A DNA stretch of 64,000 nt, taken from a virus. The DNA lies in the IMG/VR virus record IMGVR_UViG_3300013947_000004, one strand, 5' to 3'. This document shows positions 25,872 through 36,200 of the stretch, piece by piece. The translations under genes and the position numbers were made by a program. A model generated the notes under the pieces. The model did not search any database. It was not told where the DNA came from and saw nothing but the letters and a program-made list of their open reading frames with translations. Numbering within the stretch: position 1 is the first letter of the stretch; the number at the start of each line of letters is the position of its first letter.

Positions 25872-26975
25872 ATGGGAAAACGGGGAAATGGAGAGGGAAC
25901 CTTATACCAAAGGAAGGATGGTAGTTGGTGTTCGCAGGCTACAATAAACAGACGCAGGATTACCGCTTACGGGAAGACAAAAACCGAAGCTAGGGCTAAA
26001 TTACGCAAGAAAATAGAAGGTTTCATGGTTGGTGGTTCAATAAATAAGGCAAAAATAACAATCTCTAAAGGGATTCAAATATTTACAAAGGAACACAAAG
26101 AAACAAATGAAAGAACCTCTACTTCATACAGAGAGCGTCTAGATATAGTAAACAAATATTTGGGAGAGGAATTGCTAAATAACTTAGATACAGACATGGC
26201 GGAAAAGTTGGTGTCCGATATGATAGAGTTTGGGTATTCTAGGAATACAATTAAGTTGGTTCTAACCCAAGTCAAGAAATTGTTTTACTTTGCAAAGAAA
26301 ACTGGATACATTGAGAAGAATAGATATCTTGGAAAGATACGGATAAATAAAAAGACACCGAAATTCATTCTTCCAAAACTTGAAGATGTTGTCCAAGTTA
26401 TCCAAGAAATAAAATCGGTGCCACTGAAATATTTGGCTATGTTCGGTATTTATACTGGTCTTCGTAGAGGAGAATTATGTGGTTTGCAATGGAAAGACAT
26501 TTCAGAAGATGGTGTTATAACCGTGATGAGAGAATATGTCGGGTATAAGAGAAGTAATTGTGAATTAGCACCGCCTAAAAATGGGATTGTTGGTCAAAAA
26601 GTTCAATCCCCAGAAGAAGGAATTGAACTATTAAAAGAATTACAAGAATATTATAAAGAGAAAAGAATAGAAAGCGAATTTGTATTCTGCAAAAAAGATG
26701 GCAGACCTCTTTTACCAAAAACAGTGTCCACCGAACTTGGCAGGAGGATAAAAAAAATAGCCCCTCACGGGGCTGTCCATATTTTAAGACATTTAAATGC
26801 TACTTTCTTAGCGTCACGGAATATTCCAATTAGAACAATTTCTATGCAGTTAAGACATAGCAATGTTTCTATTACAGACAAATATATAAATGAATTGATT
26901 GGTGAAAACAGGGATGATATAAAAAATCTTTCATTGGGTTGCAGTAAGGTTGCAGTAACTAAGAAAGAACCCTAG
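25872..26975 (+). CDS. int: tyrosine recombinase/integrase
   Basis: N-terminal GNGEGTLYQRKDGSW, plus GLRRGELCGLQW (Arg), HILRHLNATF (HxxR) and ITDKYINE (Tyr). Confidence 0.9.
   Translation: MGKRGNGEGTLYQRKDGSWCSQATINRRRITAYGKTKTEARAKLRKKIEGFMVGGSINKAKITISKGIQIFTKEHKETNERTSTSYRERLDIVNKYLGEELLNNLDTDMAEKLVSDMIEFGYSRNTIKLVLTQVKKLFYFAKKTGYIEKNRYLGKIRINKKTPKFILPKLEDVVQVIQEIKSVPLKYLAMFGIYTGLRRGELCGLQWKDISEDGVITVMREYVGYKRSNCELAPPKNGIVGQKVQSPEEGIELLKELQEYYKEKRIESEFVFCKKDGRPLLPKTVSTELGRRIKKIAPHGAVHILRHLNATFLASRNIPIRTISMQLRHSNVSITDKYINELIGENRDDIKNLSLGCSKVAVTKKEP
26937..26958 (+). repeat. tandem 11-nt repeat GGTTGCAGTAA x2
   Basis: Read directly, in the 3' end of int. Related pair at 27134-27156. Confidence 0.8.
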
Positions 26976-27133
26976 CATTCATCAGCTATTACGGGCATAA
27001 TGACATATCAAGACTGATAGGGATACATTCCCTCACAAGAATCTAGGAATTAAGCCGTTTACCGGGTTTACACCGAATTTTCTTTAGCTTATTATACAAC
27101 ATAAACAACATGAAATACTAAGAATGATAGCTC

Positions 27134-27156
27134 GGTTGCAGTAGTTATTGCAGTAG
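27134..27156 (+). repeat. tandem repeat GGTTGCAGTAG / TTATTGCAGTAG
   Basis: Read directly; abuts the -35 of the XRE-gene promoter. Confidence 0.75.
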
Positions 27157-27159
27157 AGT

Positions 27160-27188
27160 TTGATTTATAAGAAATGCTATGATATTAT
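27160..27188 (+). promoter_or_regulatory. sigma-A type promoter for the XRE gene
   Basis: TTGATT, 17 nt, TATTAT, about 20 nt before the SD. Confidence 0.5.
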
Positions 27189-27209
27189 GTGTATAAGAGG
27201 TGATTCAAA

Positions 27210-27545
27210 ATGATTGACTCGGTGGGAAGGAGAATAGCGGAGTTAAGGGTTAAAAAAGGGATGACACAAAGGGATTTAGCAAACGCCACTGGGATTGGGC
27301 AGGCTCTTATTTCTAGATATGAAGCTGGGCATTACAAATCTTTGAGGCTAAGTACGGCTGTAAAATTAGCAAAGGCATTAGGAACAACCCCAGATTATTT
27401 ACGCAGTCCTGACAGCAATCTGCCATATCCTTCCGAAGTATTAAATTGGTTAGCAGACGAAAAGAATTACTCAAAGGTTATGGAAATATACTATGAGGAT
27501 ATGACAAGAAGAATGAAAGAAAGAAATAAAAAAGAAGCCCCCTAA
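27210..27545 (+). CDS. XRE-family HTH transcriptional regulator (repressor candidate)
   Basis: RIAELRVKKGMTQRDLANATGIGQALISRYEAG is a classic HTH_3 sequence. Confidence 0.85.
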   Translation: MIDSVGRRIAELRVKKGMTQRDLANATGIGQALISRYEAGHYKSLRLSTAVKLAKALGTTPDYLRSPDSNLPYPSEVLNWLADEKNYSKVMEIYYEDMTRRMKERNKKEAP

Positions 27546-27554
27546 TCGGGGGCT
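27536..27554. terminator. bidirectional terminator between the XRE gene and Pol III alpha
   Basis: AGCCCCC-TAATC-GGGGGCT. T-rich on the + side and TCTTTTTTATTT on the minus side. Confidence 0.65.
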
Positions 27555-27558
27555 TTTG

Positions 27559-30500
27559 TTATGCTTGCTTTGCTTCCATAAACTCAAATATTCTGTTGTT
27601 TTTTACTTTCATAATATAAACTTTGTGTTTTTCAAATTGTTTGTATTTGTCGTTGAAAATGACCAAGTCTTTTACATAATCGTTATCTCTAACTTTCACA
27701 AAAGCCATTGGTTTGCCAGTTTTGGTCTTTCTTGCTTTTACGTCTAGAACTTCGTACCCAAAAATAGTTACATTATTCACTAAAGACATGTTGTAATTTT
27801 GAAAAATATTCCCAAAACTGACACCTAAAACCTTCGACTCTTCCTCTTGCTCGTTATACGAACCTTGTGTATATTTAAACAAACCTTTAGATTTTCTTTT
27901 ATCTTTCGCCCATTCAATGAATTGTAACATTTCTTCACGATTTCCTTTAAAAACTCCAGCTTTTACTAAGTTTGACAAACAAGTTTTATTTACAGATATA
28001 AACCGTTCTATAAATTGCTTAAATTCAGTTGGGGCATCTTTAGGGAACTCATTTTTCCCCACGCCTGCGATACAATTTAAACCAAGGGTGATTGTTGGGC
28101 CATCTTCGTCATAGTCCGAGAAACAATTCTTATGCTTGAGCGTCGGGGGGAGAATTTTAATTCCATCCTTCTTGGCTTCCATTACATATCCTGCTAGCTT
28201 CCCCTTGTCCTTACAGTTGGAGTCTATAACAGACGCCCAAAATGCGGCAGGGTAATGACATTTGAGGTACGCTGTAACCCAAGCTGTCATCCCATATGCG
28301 GCAGAGTGGGAATTACTAACAATAATCCCGTTATTCACAAGGACTGTATGGTATGGATGTTCCATTTCTATATCATAAACGCTTTCCATTCCTATAAGTT
28401 TTATAGATACAATTTTATCTTCTTCTAGTTCGTATCCATTCCCGCCTTGTCTTGTTCTTCCCATTTTATAATGCTCCTTTTTATGACAGGAAGTACATAA
28501 CCATTCTAAATTTTCTGGAGAATTATCTTTTCTATCCCCGTTTTTGTGGTGCATTTCAAATCTAGTTTCTCCATCGTAGGATTTACCGCATACAGCACAA
28601 GGGTACTGATTGTAAATTGCAACCTTTTTAGCTTCTTCGAATAAGTACCAATTACTGTCCATTTTTTCTTGGAATCCCTTTTGTCCTTTTTTGGGAATAT
28701 TATCTGAGATACATTCTCTGTTTGTGAGTCGGTAATCATGGCTAACCTTCACTCTATCCCCTTTTATATAGACGAGTTCTCCTACCTTTAAATCCTTTAA
28801 CATTTTCTTACCTTTTCTTGTTGGGAATTTATGATTGGCCGTGCATTTTACATATTTCCCAGACTCTGTTCTTACTTCGTACACGTAGTTCTTCCCAGAA
28901 TAAAAAATGTCAACAATTTTATTTCGTTTGATTTTCCCATCTATAATAGATAACCCATATCCGTAACCATATCTATTGTACTTTTCCCACAAACTGAGGT
29001 GCTTATTTTCTTTTGCCCACTTTTTATCTGTTTTTGTTTTATACATTTCTTCGAGAGTTAAGGGTTTCCTTTCATTTATATTCCTATACAGGGTTGTTTC
29101 TCCAGACAAGCAATGGTTAAATCCATAGGAGGCAAATGTGACTATGTTATCCGTGAGGTCTTTCATTTGTTTTTCTGTATACCCTCTCTGGACACCTCTT
29201 TTAATCATATCTGCTATGACTGGTTGCATTTCATCTTTAACCTTTCTCCCTATGATACGTCGTAGATTGTCAGCTTCTCCGAGTGAGTATCCGCATATCT
29301 TTTGTGCAATCTGCATGATTTGTTCTTGGTACACGATAACCCCTTCTGTATCTTTTAAGATTGGTTCAAGGTCTGGAATATCGTATATAGTCGGCTCTTG
29401 ATGATTTCTGCGACGGAGGAACGTTTCTGCCATTCCACTATCGAGAGGCCCCGGTCTGCCCAAGGCTACCACTGAGGACAAGTCCTCTACGTTCTTTATC
29501 CCCATCCTCAGAACTATTCCTGTCATAACATTTGATTCAATCTGGAAGCAACCTGCAGTGTTCCCCCGACGCAACATTTCTGCTGTATCTTTGTCATCAA
29601 TGGGAATATTGGCTATATTTAAAGAATCAATTCCAGCTCTATGTTTTGTTTTTTCTATAATGTCAAGAGTTTCTAGCCCAAGTATATCAAGTTTTAATAA
29701 ACCTTGAGCTTCTAGCTGATGAAAGTCATGGCACACAACCATATTATCTTTCTGTTTTTCAATAGCTGTCCAATTAGTAACATCTTCTGGGCATACAAGA
29801 ACAGCCGATGCGTGGCAACCATAGGAGATTATGTGGCCTTTAAATTTGAGGGCAAGCTCTTTCCATTCTTTTTCCTCTTTGGTTTTGGCACCCATATCCT
29901 CTACATTAACTATGTTTTTGGATTTGGCTATACGGATTTTGGGTTCAATTCCCAAAGCCTCTCCAGCTCTCTGTATTGCTGATTTATCTTGGATATAGTT
30001 AATAGTACGGGCTTGGTATACTTCCCCATATTTGCTCTTGATATATTCTATTAATTCTTGTCTTCTTGGTGTAGATACATCGGAATCGATGTCAGCTGGA
30101 GTTACACGTTCTGGATTAGCAAAACGTTCAAATACGAGATTGTATTTGATTGGGTCGAGTTGCGTAATCCCCATTAGATAGGCTGTTAAACTCCCAACAA
30201 CAGACCCCCTACCTAACCCCATAGGAATGCCGGATTCTCGGCAATGTTTTAACATGTCGTCAATAATGCAAAAATAGTTGAGGTAGTTTAGTTTATTTAA
30301 TACGTCAAATTCATGCCGTACTTGCTTTATGTATTGGTTACTATTGGGAAGTTTAGAAATTCCCAGTCTCTTAAATCCCTCGTTACACCTCTTCTTTACG
30401 TAAGTTGCAGGGTCATCACAAAATACGGGGTAGTGTTGTCCCCCGAACTCAATTTCCACATTACATTTATCAACAATTTCTTGCACATTTTCAAGAGCTT

Positions 30501-31206
30501 TAGTAATGTCCATGCTATTGCTTTTAAACCATTTCACAATATCTTCTTCACTTTGGAGATAATAGTCATCAGATACATAGTACTGAGAATCATCACCTAA
30601 ACCTAGCCACATCTTATGTACTGGAATATCTTCCTTGTTCACATAGTGACTGTCAAGAGTAACAATCGTCTTCCCTAAATTTTCCCATTTTTTATTGTAC
30701 TCTAATTGCTCTGGAAAATTATGGGGCTGAATTTCTACATATAAATCATCACCAAAAATAGATAATAGGCGGGAATACATTTCATCTGCGTTTTCTGCAC
30801 TAAGTGGCCCAGCTACACACGCTGTTGTACATACCAAACCTTCGTGGTACTGTTCCAGAGCTTCAAAACTAATTCTCGGCTTACGGTAGAAATGTTCATG
30901 GGCGTATGTGTCCAACTTCATCATATTTCTGTAGCCTTTAATATCTTTGGCTAAGATTACGAGATGGTACGTGTCACACCCATTTACCGTGATTTCAGAA
31001 GCTAAATAAAATTCACACCCCAAGATAGGTTTTACTCCTTGTTTTTTGCACTCTTGGTAAAAATCTATTATCCCTGTGCATGTCCCATGGTCGGTTATTG
31101 CTAAAGCCGGGTATCCAAGGTCTTTAGCTCTACCAACTAGGTCGGGAATTGTACAAAATGCATCATGGAGGCTATAGTCCGTATGCTGATGTAAGTTAGA
31201 AAACAT
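27559..31206 (-). CDS. dnaE: DNA polymerase III alpha subunit (DnaE-type) interrupted by an intein
   Basis: PHP domain HQHTDYSLHDA...ITDHG, then GLGRGSVVGS and ADIDSD. The conserved YGFNH|SHSAAY motif is split by the intein. Confidence 0.9.
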   Translation of the reverse strand: MFSNLHQHTDYSLHDAFCTIPDLVGRAKDLGYPALAITDHGTCTGIIDFYQECKKQGVKPILGCEFYLASEITVNGCDTYHLVILAKDIKGYRNMMKLDTYAHEHFYRKPRISFEALEQYHEGLVCTTACVAGPLSAENADEMYSRLLSIFGDDLYVEIQPHNFPEQLEYNKKWENLGKTIVTLDSHYVNKEDIPVHKMWLGLGDDSQYYVSDDYYLQSEEDIVKWFKSNSMDITKALENVQEIVDKCNVEIEFGGQHYPVFCDDPATYVKKRCNEGFKRLGISKLPNSNQYIKQVRHEFDVLNKLNYLNYFCIIDDMLKHCRESGIPMGLGRGSVVGSLTAYLMGITQLDPIKYNLVFERFANPERVTPADIDSDVSTPRRQELIEYIKSKYGEVYQARTINYIQDKSAIQRAGEALGIEPKIRIAKSKNIVNVEDMGAKTKEEKEWKELALKFKGHIISYGCHASAVLVCPEDVTNWTAIEKQKDNMVVCHDFHQLEAQGLLKLDILGLETLDIIEKTKHRAGIDSLNIANIPIDDKDTAEMLRRGNTAGCFQIESNVMTGIVLRMGIKNVEDLSSVVALGRPGPLDSGMAETFLRRRNHQEPTIYDIPDLEPILKDTEGVIVYQEQIMQIAQKICGYSLGEADNLRRIIGRKVKDEMQPVIADMIKRGVQRGYTEKQMKDLTDNIVTFASYGFNHCLSGETTLYRNINERKPLTLEEMYKTKTDKKWAKENKHLSLWEKYNRYGYGYGLSIIDGKIKRNKIVDIFYSGKNYVYEVRTESGKYVKCTANHKFPTRKGKKMLKDLKVGELVYIKGDRVKVSHDYRLTNRECISDNIPKKGQKGFQEKMDSNWYLFEEAKKVAIYNQYPCAVCGKSYDGETRFEMHHKNGDRKDNSPENLEWLCTSCHKKEHYKMGRTRQGGNGYELEEDKIVSIKLIGMESVYDIEMEHPYHTVLVNNGIIVSNSHSAAYGMTAWVTAYLKCHYPAAFWASVIDSNCKDKGKLAGYVMEAKKDGIKILPPTLKHKNCFSDYDEDGPTITLGLNCIAGVGKNEFPKDAPTEFKQFIERFISVNKTCLSNLVKAGVFKGNREEMLQFIEWAKDKRKSKGLFKYTQGSYNEQEEESKVLGVSFGNIFQNYNMSLVNNVTIFGYEVLDVKARKTKTGKPMAFVKVRDNDYVKDLVIFNDKYKQFEKHKVYIMKVKNNRIFEFMEAKQA
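28312..29112 (-). mobile_element. intein (267 aa) with HNH endonuclease domain
   Basis: Starts CLSGETT and ends IIVSN before S+1. Internal CAVCG...HHKNGDRKDNSPENLEWLCTSCH is an HNH motif. Confidence 0.85.
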
Positions 31207-31249
31207 AAAATCATTCCTTTCCTTTCTTTTTAAAAGTATATCTAACTAC

Positions 31250-31278
31250 ATTATACATACTTAAAACCACATAGTCAA
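31250..31278 (-). promoter_or_regulatory. sigma-A type promoter for the Pol III alpha gene
   Basis: Minus strand reads TTGACT, 17 nt, TATAAT. Confidence 0.6.
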
Positions 31279-31309
31279 TTGGGGACATTGGGGATTTGAG
31301 TATGTAAAC

Positions 31310-31338
31310 AAAAAAAAAGCCACCCGTAATGGGTGGCT
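31310..31338 (-). terminator. rho-independent terminator ending the late/lysis operon
   Basis: Minus strand reads AGCCACCC-ATTAC-GGGTGGCT followed by T9. Confidence 0.8.
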
Positions 31339-31390
31339 GTAATCACAAAATGCTGTTTTTTGTTAAAAATGGCTATTGGGAGGGCTGTTT

Positions 31391-31419
31391 TTGGGTATAA
31401 CTATACTTCCACGTATAAT
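31391..31419 (+). promoter_or_regulatory. promoter box copy A (TTGGGT-17-TATAAT), antisense to the lysis genes
   Basis: Same architecture as 22712-22740 and 40458-40486. Preceded by a 28-nt block (31341-31368) identical to 22763-22790 in reverse complement. Confidence 0.45.
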
Positions 31420-31466
31420 TTAACCTAGAGGATACGATAGGGGTAAAAAATGGGCTTGAGAACATG

Positions 31467-31895
31467 TTATTTCGACATTGCAATAGCAGTTACGACTCCT
31501 GTTACTATCCAAGCCAATTTATTTTGTCTTTCTTTAATTGCTATCTTGTGAGTTAGGGAGTTTATTTGCTCTGTCAATGTCTGCAAATTCTCTTTCGATG
31601 TTTCCAATGAGTTGTTTGCATTCTGTAATGAGCTGTCCGCTCTCTCGATTTGATTCCTCAAGATTTCCAATTGTTTCTTGTCCGTCTGAGAGTTCTCCTC
31701 TAGCATTTCCAATTTCGTCTTGAGCAGATTGAACTGATTTCTCAGTTGATTGTACTGTTCGTATGACATCTCTACTTTCTGACTTGGCTGTTCTGTTACT
31801 GTCGTAGAGGATGCTTGCGAAAAGAATCCCGGAGATAGCAAAAAGAACGAGAACAATATAAAGAAAAACCTTTTTTGAAATATAATTGTCCACAT
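31467..31895 (-). CDS. membrane-anchored coiled-coil protein (142 aa), lysis-associated candidate
   Basis: ATG lies 6 nt after AGGAGG. Hydrophobic N-terminal and C-terminal segments with a heptad-rich centre. Competes with the overlapping frame 31534..31893. Confidence 0.45.
   Translation of the reverse strand: MWTIIFQKRFFFILFSFFLLSPGFFSQASSTTVTEQPSQKVEMSYEQYNQLRNQFNLLKTKLEMLEENSQTDKKQLEILRNQIERADSSLQNANNSLETSKENLQTLTEQINSLTHKIAIKERQNKLAWIVTGVVTAIAMSK
31534..31893 (-). CDS. alternative-frame ORF (119 aa) with N-terminal TM segment
   Basis: GTG start 2 nt after the ATG of 31467..31895, sharing the same SD. A/T-ending codon pattern and an IGN-x3-E repeat. It is unclear which frame is expressed, or whether both are. 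Confidence 0.35.
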   Translation of the reverse strand: MDNYISKKVFLYIVLVLFAISGILFASILYDSNRTAKSESRDVIRTVQSTEKSVQSAQDEIGNARGELSDGQETIGNLEESNRESGQLITECKQLIGNIEREFADIDRANKLPNSQDSN

Positions 31896-31905
31896 GGAAC
31901 CCCTC

Positions 31906-32535
31906 CTATAATTTAGCTAATGCTTCGTGGCATTCACTATCAAAACGGTTATTTAAACTTTCTCTGAGTGACGAGCTATTCCACTCTGGAGTTTTGCATA
32001 CATTATAGATAGCTACAATAAAATCATAGTCATACTGAGGGTCATCAATATAAGACATATTTGGGTAGCCGCTATAATCATTATTGGCTTTGTTGTACAT
32101 CGTATGACAAGCTTCTGTAAACATATTGAGGATTTCTCCCGGCCCATACTGAACGGAACGGCTCCACACAACATCCTTCATAACCTCTGCGTGGTTTTCG
32201 ATATGAAAATAGTTATCTGCTAATATTCTAATGGCGGGGTCATAGTATGCGTGTTTAATATATTCGTATTGTGCTTCCCTAAATTCTTCTGTGTGGAACT
32301 CTGCAATATCTTTCCACTTCTGGTCAAATTCATCAGAGCATAATTCACAACCTGCAAGTTCGTCAGCAAACCAATACCCTTGGGACTGGCACCATTGTAC
32401 AAAAGCCTGTAAACTGCCAGCGTTTGAAGATAATTGGTATTCCCCATACGATTTACCACCGGGGTCGCCCCAACCAGACGAGATACAGCCTACATCCCCA
32501 TTAGATTCGTACTTAGATGATAATTCTCCTAACAT
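31906..32535 (-). CDS. putative endolysin or peptidoglycan hydrolase (lysozyme/chitosanase-like)
   Basis: N-terminal KYESNGDVGCISSGWGDPGGKSYGEYQL resembles muramidase-like phage and T6SS domains as I recall them. It sits after the holin-like gene. Confidence 0.4.
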   Translation of the reverse strand: MLGELSSKYESNGDVGCISSGWGDPGGKSYGEYQLSSNAGSLQAFVQWCQSQGYWFADELAGCELCSDEFDQKWKDIAEFHTEEFREAQYEYIKHAYYDPAIRILADNYFHIENHAEVMKDVVWSRSVQYGPGEILNMFTEACHTMYNKANNDYSGYPNMSYIDDPQYDYDFIVAIYNVCKTPEWNSSSLRESLNNRFDSECHEALAKL

Positions 32536-32852
32536 TTATCTTCCTCCTTTTTCTTCTGTTGCGGACAATATGTAACTACTGGTGGTGGAGTTGGAAATTG
32601 CCCTCTAGGGCTGTTTTTCGTGGAATCAACCAACCACTTCATTAAGCCTACCAACCCCATCCCGCAAGCACTAATCCCTTGCCAACAGGAGTCTATCTGG
32701 AAGTGGGTTCCATAGAGTCCATTACTCCAATAACCAAAAGTCCAAGAAAATAATACAACCATAGCCGCAACGATACCAAATGTCATACAGATGTGACCAA
32801 TGTTCTTTTTTACTGTTCTAAAAAACTTCTGTGTCCTAGTTATTTCTATCAA
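32529..32852 (-). CDS. holin candidate (two TM segments)
   Basis: Two hydrophobic helices and a charged C-terminus; overlaps the endolysin-candidate start. Confidence 0.45.
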   Translation of the reverse strand: MIEITRTQKFFRTVKKNIGHICMTFGIVAAMVVLFSWTFGYWSNGLYGTHFQIDSCWQGISACGMGLVGLMKWLVDSTKNSPRGQFPTPPPVVTYCPQQKKKEEDKC

Positions 32853-33201
32853 CTCTTTCCTGTAAAGAATCTATGCGGGTCTCAATAGAATCAAATCTTG
32901 CGTCAAAACGAGCTTCGTCAATTTTCATCTGCTGTTGCCCCGCTCTTAAATCTTCCACCAATTTTGATAATGCTGTGATGCTATTGACTAGTTGGTCATA
33001 TTTAGAGGAGAGAATCTTCGTCCTTTCGTTCTGATGTTCTTCTCTCTCTTTTTCTTTTTCTTCTTTTACCTTTTCCAGTTTTTCCTTCCATTCACGCTCC
33101 TGGTCACGGTGGTCGAAATAAGGTTTTAAAATGTACTGCCTAAAACCCCCTAGGGCTGTGCAGAGAAGGATTAGTCCTTCTACAACCAAAGTAAATTCCA
33201 T
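32836..33201 (-). CDS. N-terminally anchored coiled-coil protein (XhlA-like?)
   Basis: One N-terminal TM segment, then a charged coiled coil. Confidence 0.4.
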   Translation of the reverse strand: MEFTLVVEGLILLCTALGGFRQYILKPYFDHRDQEREWKEKLEKVKEEKEKEREEHQNERTKILSSKYDQLVNSITALSKLVEDLRAGQQQMKIDEARFDARFDSIETRIDSLQERVDRNN

Positions 33202-33243
33202 AATTCCCCCCTTGAAAGGAAAGCCCCCATAAGGGGGCTTATA

Positions 33244-36200
33244 CTACTCACTAAATGCTTTAGCTGATTTAGCCAAACTCTGAAGTTCTTTATTGTTCTT
33301 CGGGATAGATTTCATCTTCATGTCTATGGAAGTCGTATCTTTTGTTTTTAGAACTTTCACAATTTGGGAATCTGTCATACCATAAATTTTAAGAGCATCG
33401 TAATTTTCCCCATTCGGGTTTTTTATATACTCTTGTTTAGCTTTAGCGACTTCTGCTGTATACTTTTTCTTCATAACCCCTAAAACTTTATTGGCGTCAG
33501 CGGCGTTATTTTCGCTAACAGGTTTAAATCCTAAGAGCTTCATGAATCTGTCCGTTGCCGAATAATGGGAAACTGTATCCCCGTAGCTATTTTTGTAGTC
33601 CCCAGAAATGGCACTTTGGATTTGCCCTGCACGAGGAGCTATCTGTTTGAGGACTCCAGTGAATGCGGCAGGAACACTTTCCGCTCCCATAATAGCTTGA
33701 CCAACACCTTTTGCTGTACTGTACGTCGGGCCTAAACTTGGAGTAAGGGCATCACCCATCCCGATACGAGAGGATAAGTTAACTCCCGCTAATGTGGGAG
33801 CTCCATACAGAGCTACGTTTACGAGTGCTTTCTTAGAAGCACTTCCCCCTGCCCAGTCAATCATAGCTTTTCGCATCATAAGCCCCGGGCTTGTCCCAGT
33901 AACAGAGTCGATGACATCATCAAATAAATCAGCCGCTGGTGCCCCTGTCGCCCCTGTAAGAATCAACATTGGAACGAGGAATTTCACATTCTCTTTCAAT
34001 GTATTATTTCTCATAAAGTTGATTGTAAACAGAGGATATTTCTGGAACTGTAAGAGTAGTTTACCAGTCTGCCCCGCCATAGCAAACGCCTGAGGGGAAT
34101 TAACAGGGCTATAGTCAAAGTTCGTTTCTGTTACAGTTTTCTTCGCATAATCCATTGCGTACTTTTCTTTTACATCTTCCATACTAATCTTTCCGTTAGA
34201 TTTCTTTACAATGGATTTATAGAGAGCATCTTTTTTATCTTTTGGTAACGCATCGAAGTTATCTTTGCCTTTTATATATGCTCCAATAGCCGTGGCTTTA
34301 CGAGCAAAAATATCACCTTTGTTGAAGAAATACATGGACTTTTCTGCAACATCTTCGAGGGAATGCCCACCGAGTACTTTCCGTTTCTTTTCAAATGCTC
34401 CCGGTGTATGTCCAATATCTTCAGCCTCTATTGCAATGCTTCTATCATTAATCCCGACGTGCTTAAATAACTTGTCATACGTATCTTTCTTTCCTTGGAG
34501 CTTAATCCCTTGAAGCAGGTACTTTTCGCCAATTTTAGCGTTGGCATTCAAGAGCTGTGCCGCCTGCACAATCATAGCAGATGGGTTTGCCATACCTAGT
34601 TTTGTGTAGTTCTGTGTACGAATAACTTTTCTTGTAAGGTCAAAATACGGGGTGTCTGTGTGATGGCGTCTAGCAAATCTCCCAATAGCCCCCGTCCTAT
34701 TTTCTATCTTTCCAATAAAGTCTGTCATGACACTGTTAACAAGATTATCAAAAGCAGAGACGGAACGAGGAGCTTCTATCGTCTTAATATATGTTTTCAA
34801 GAATTTCTGTTCGTTTGTAGCAGGAGGGTCGTTTACATCTCTTCCGTACATTTCTTTGTAAGCCGCTGTTGCTTCCGCCTTAAACTTAGCTTTAGCTACA
34901 TAGTTAGCCATTGTGCCAAGGTATCTCCATGTAGAGTCTTCGACATTTTTACTAAACCCATTCATCGTTTCGGGGTTATCTAACCGACCTTGGAAGTAGG
35001 GGTTAAACTTTGCTTTCATATTGGCATTGTTAATTAACATAGATAATTCATCTTTACTAATTGTTTCAGAGGTTCTTCTGCGTAGTTTATCTATAAGCTT
35101 GGTATTTTTCATTTGAGCTTTTACCATCTCTACAACTCGGTTATGAATCGCATTCTTGGTATTTGAGTTCCATTTCTTCATAATCGTATTTGCTCTATCC
35201 ATAACATCTTTGACGGGGATAACATCTTTATCTTTGAAGATTTTAGACAACATAGCTCGCTTTAACTGATTGTTATATTCTCCTTCTGCAACATCATCGC
35301 TGTCTTTTAAATAACCTTCTTCTCTCAATTCTTCTATTTGCTTTGGGGTGAGCCGCTCTGAGCTATTAAGTTTTGTAGATAATGCGACTGTGTCCATGGG
35401 AGTCATTTTGAAAGATTTAGCTTTTATTTCTCCATCCTCTGCCCCCTTATTAATATTCTGAACGTATTCTTCTGCGTCCAAAGCGTTGTAGAAAGAATTT
35501 GTTCTTACCCAGCTACCGTCGGAATCTTTTTCCATAACGACGTAGGGCAAGTGGACGTGTGGGAAATATCCATTACGTTTCTTAGGTAGTTTCGTAGCCG
35601 CACCTGCGTCTATTGCCGCACGGACAGAATCGTTATAAATATCGTCAAAGAATTTTTCATTCTTCGCAAATGCATTAATTACACTCTTGATATTTTCTGG
35701 TTTGTACGAGGAATCCCCGTATCTCCCGTCAATCTGGTTTAACATTCCAGTAACAGCCCGTGCATAATTTCGTTTAGCGAAACTGTTAGCGGACTCTTCG
35801 CTCCTGAATGCGGAACTCCCTTTGGAGAGGGCATATACAGTAAAGCCACGGTTTCTTTCGGAGCCAGCATCTTCCAAAGAATCTCGGAGGGAGCCGACCA
35901 TTTTATATTCCCCAGATTTTTTAAGCTCTGCTACTTTTTTAGCGGCTTCCACACTTGACTTGTAATGTTCTATGTACCCGTTATGGTCTAAGGCTAAGTA
36001 TACATTGCCAATCTTCTGTACCTGCATAGGAGAACGACCCATTTTATCTGCGTGCAGAATAAGTCTATCTAATGCCGCTATCTGGGATTTGTTCAATCCT
36101 TTACGGATGTCAAGGTATTTCTGCGTATATTCTAATGTCTTGTCCCGACTCTTCCTATACGCTTCATCAGCTAATTCATAGATGTGTCTTGCCTTCTTCG

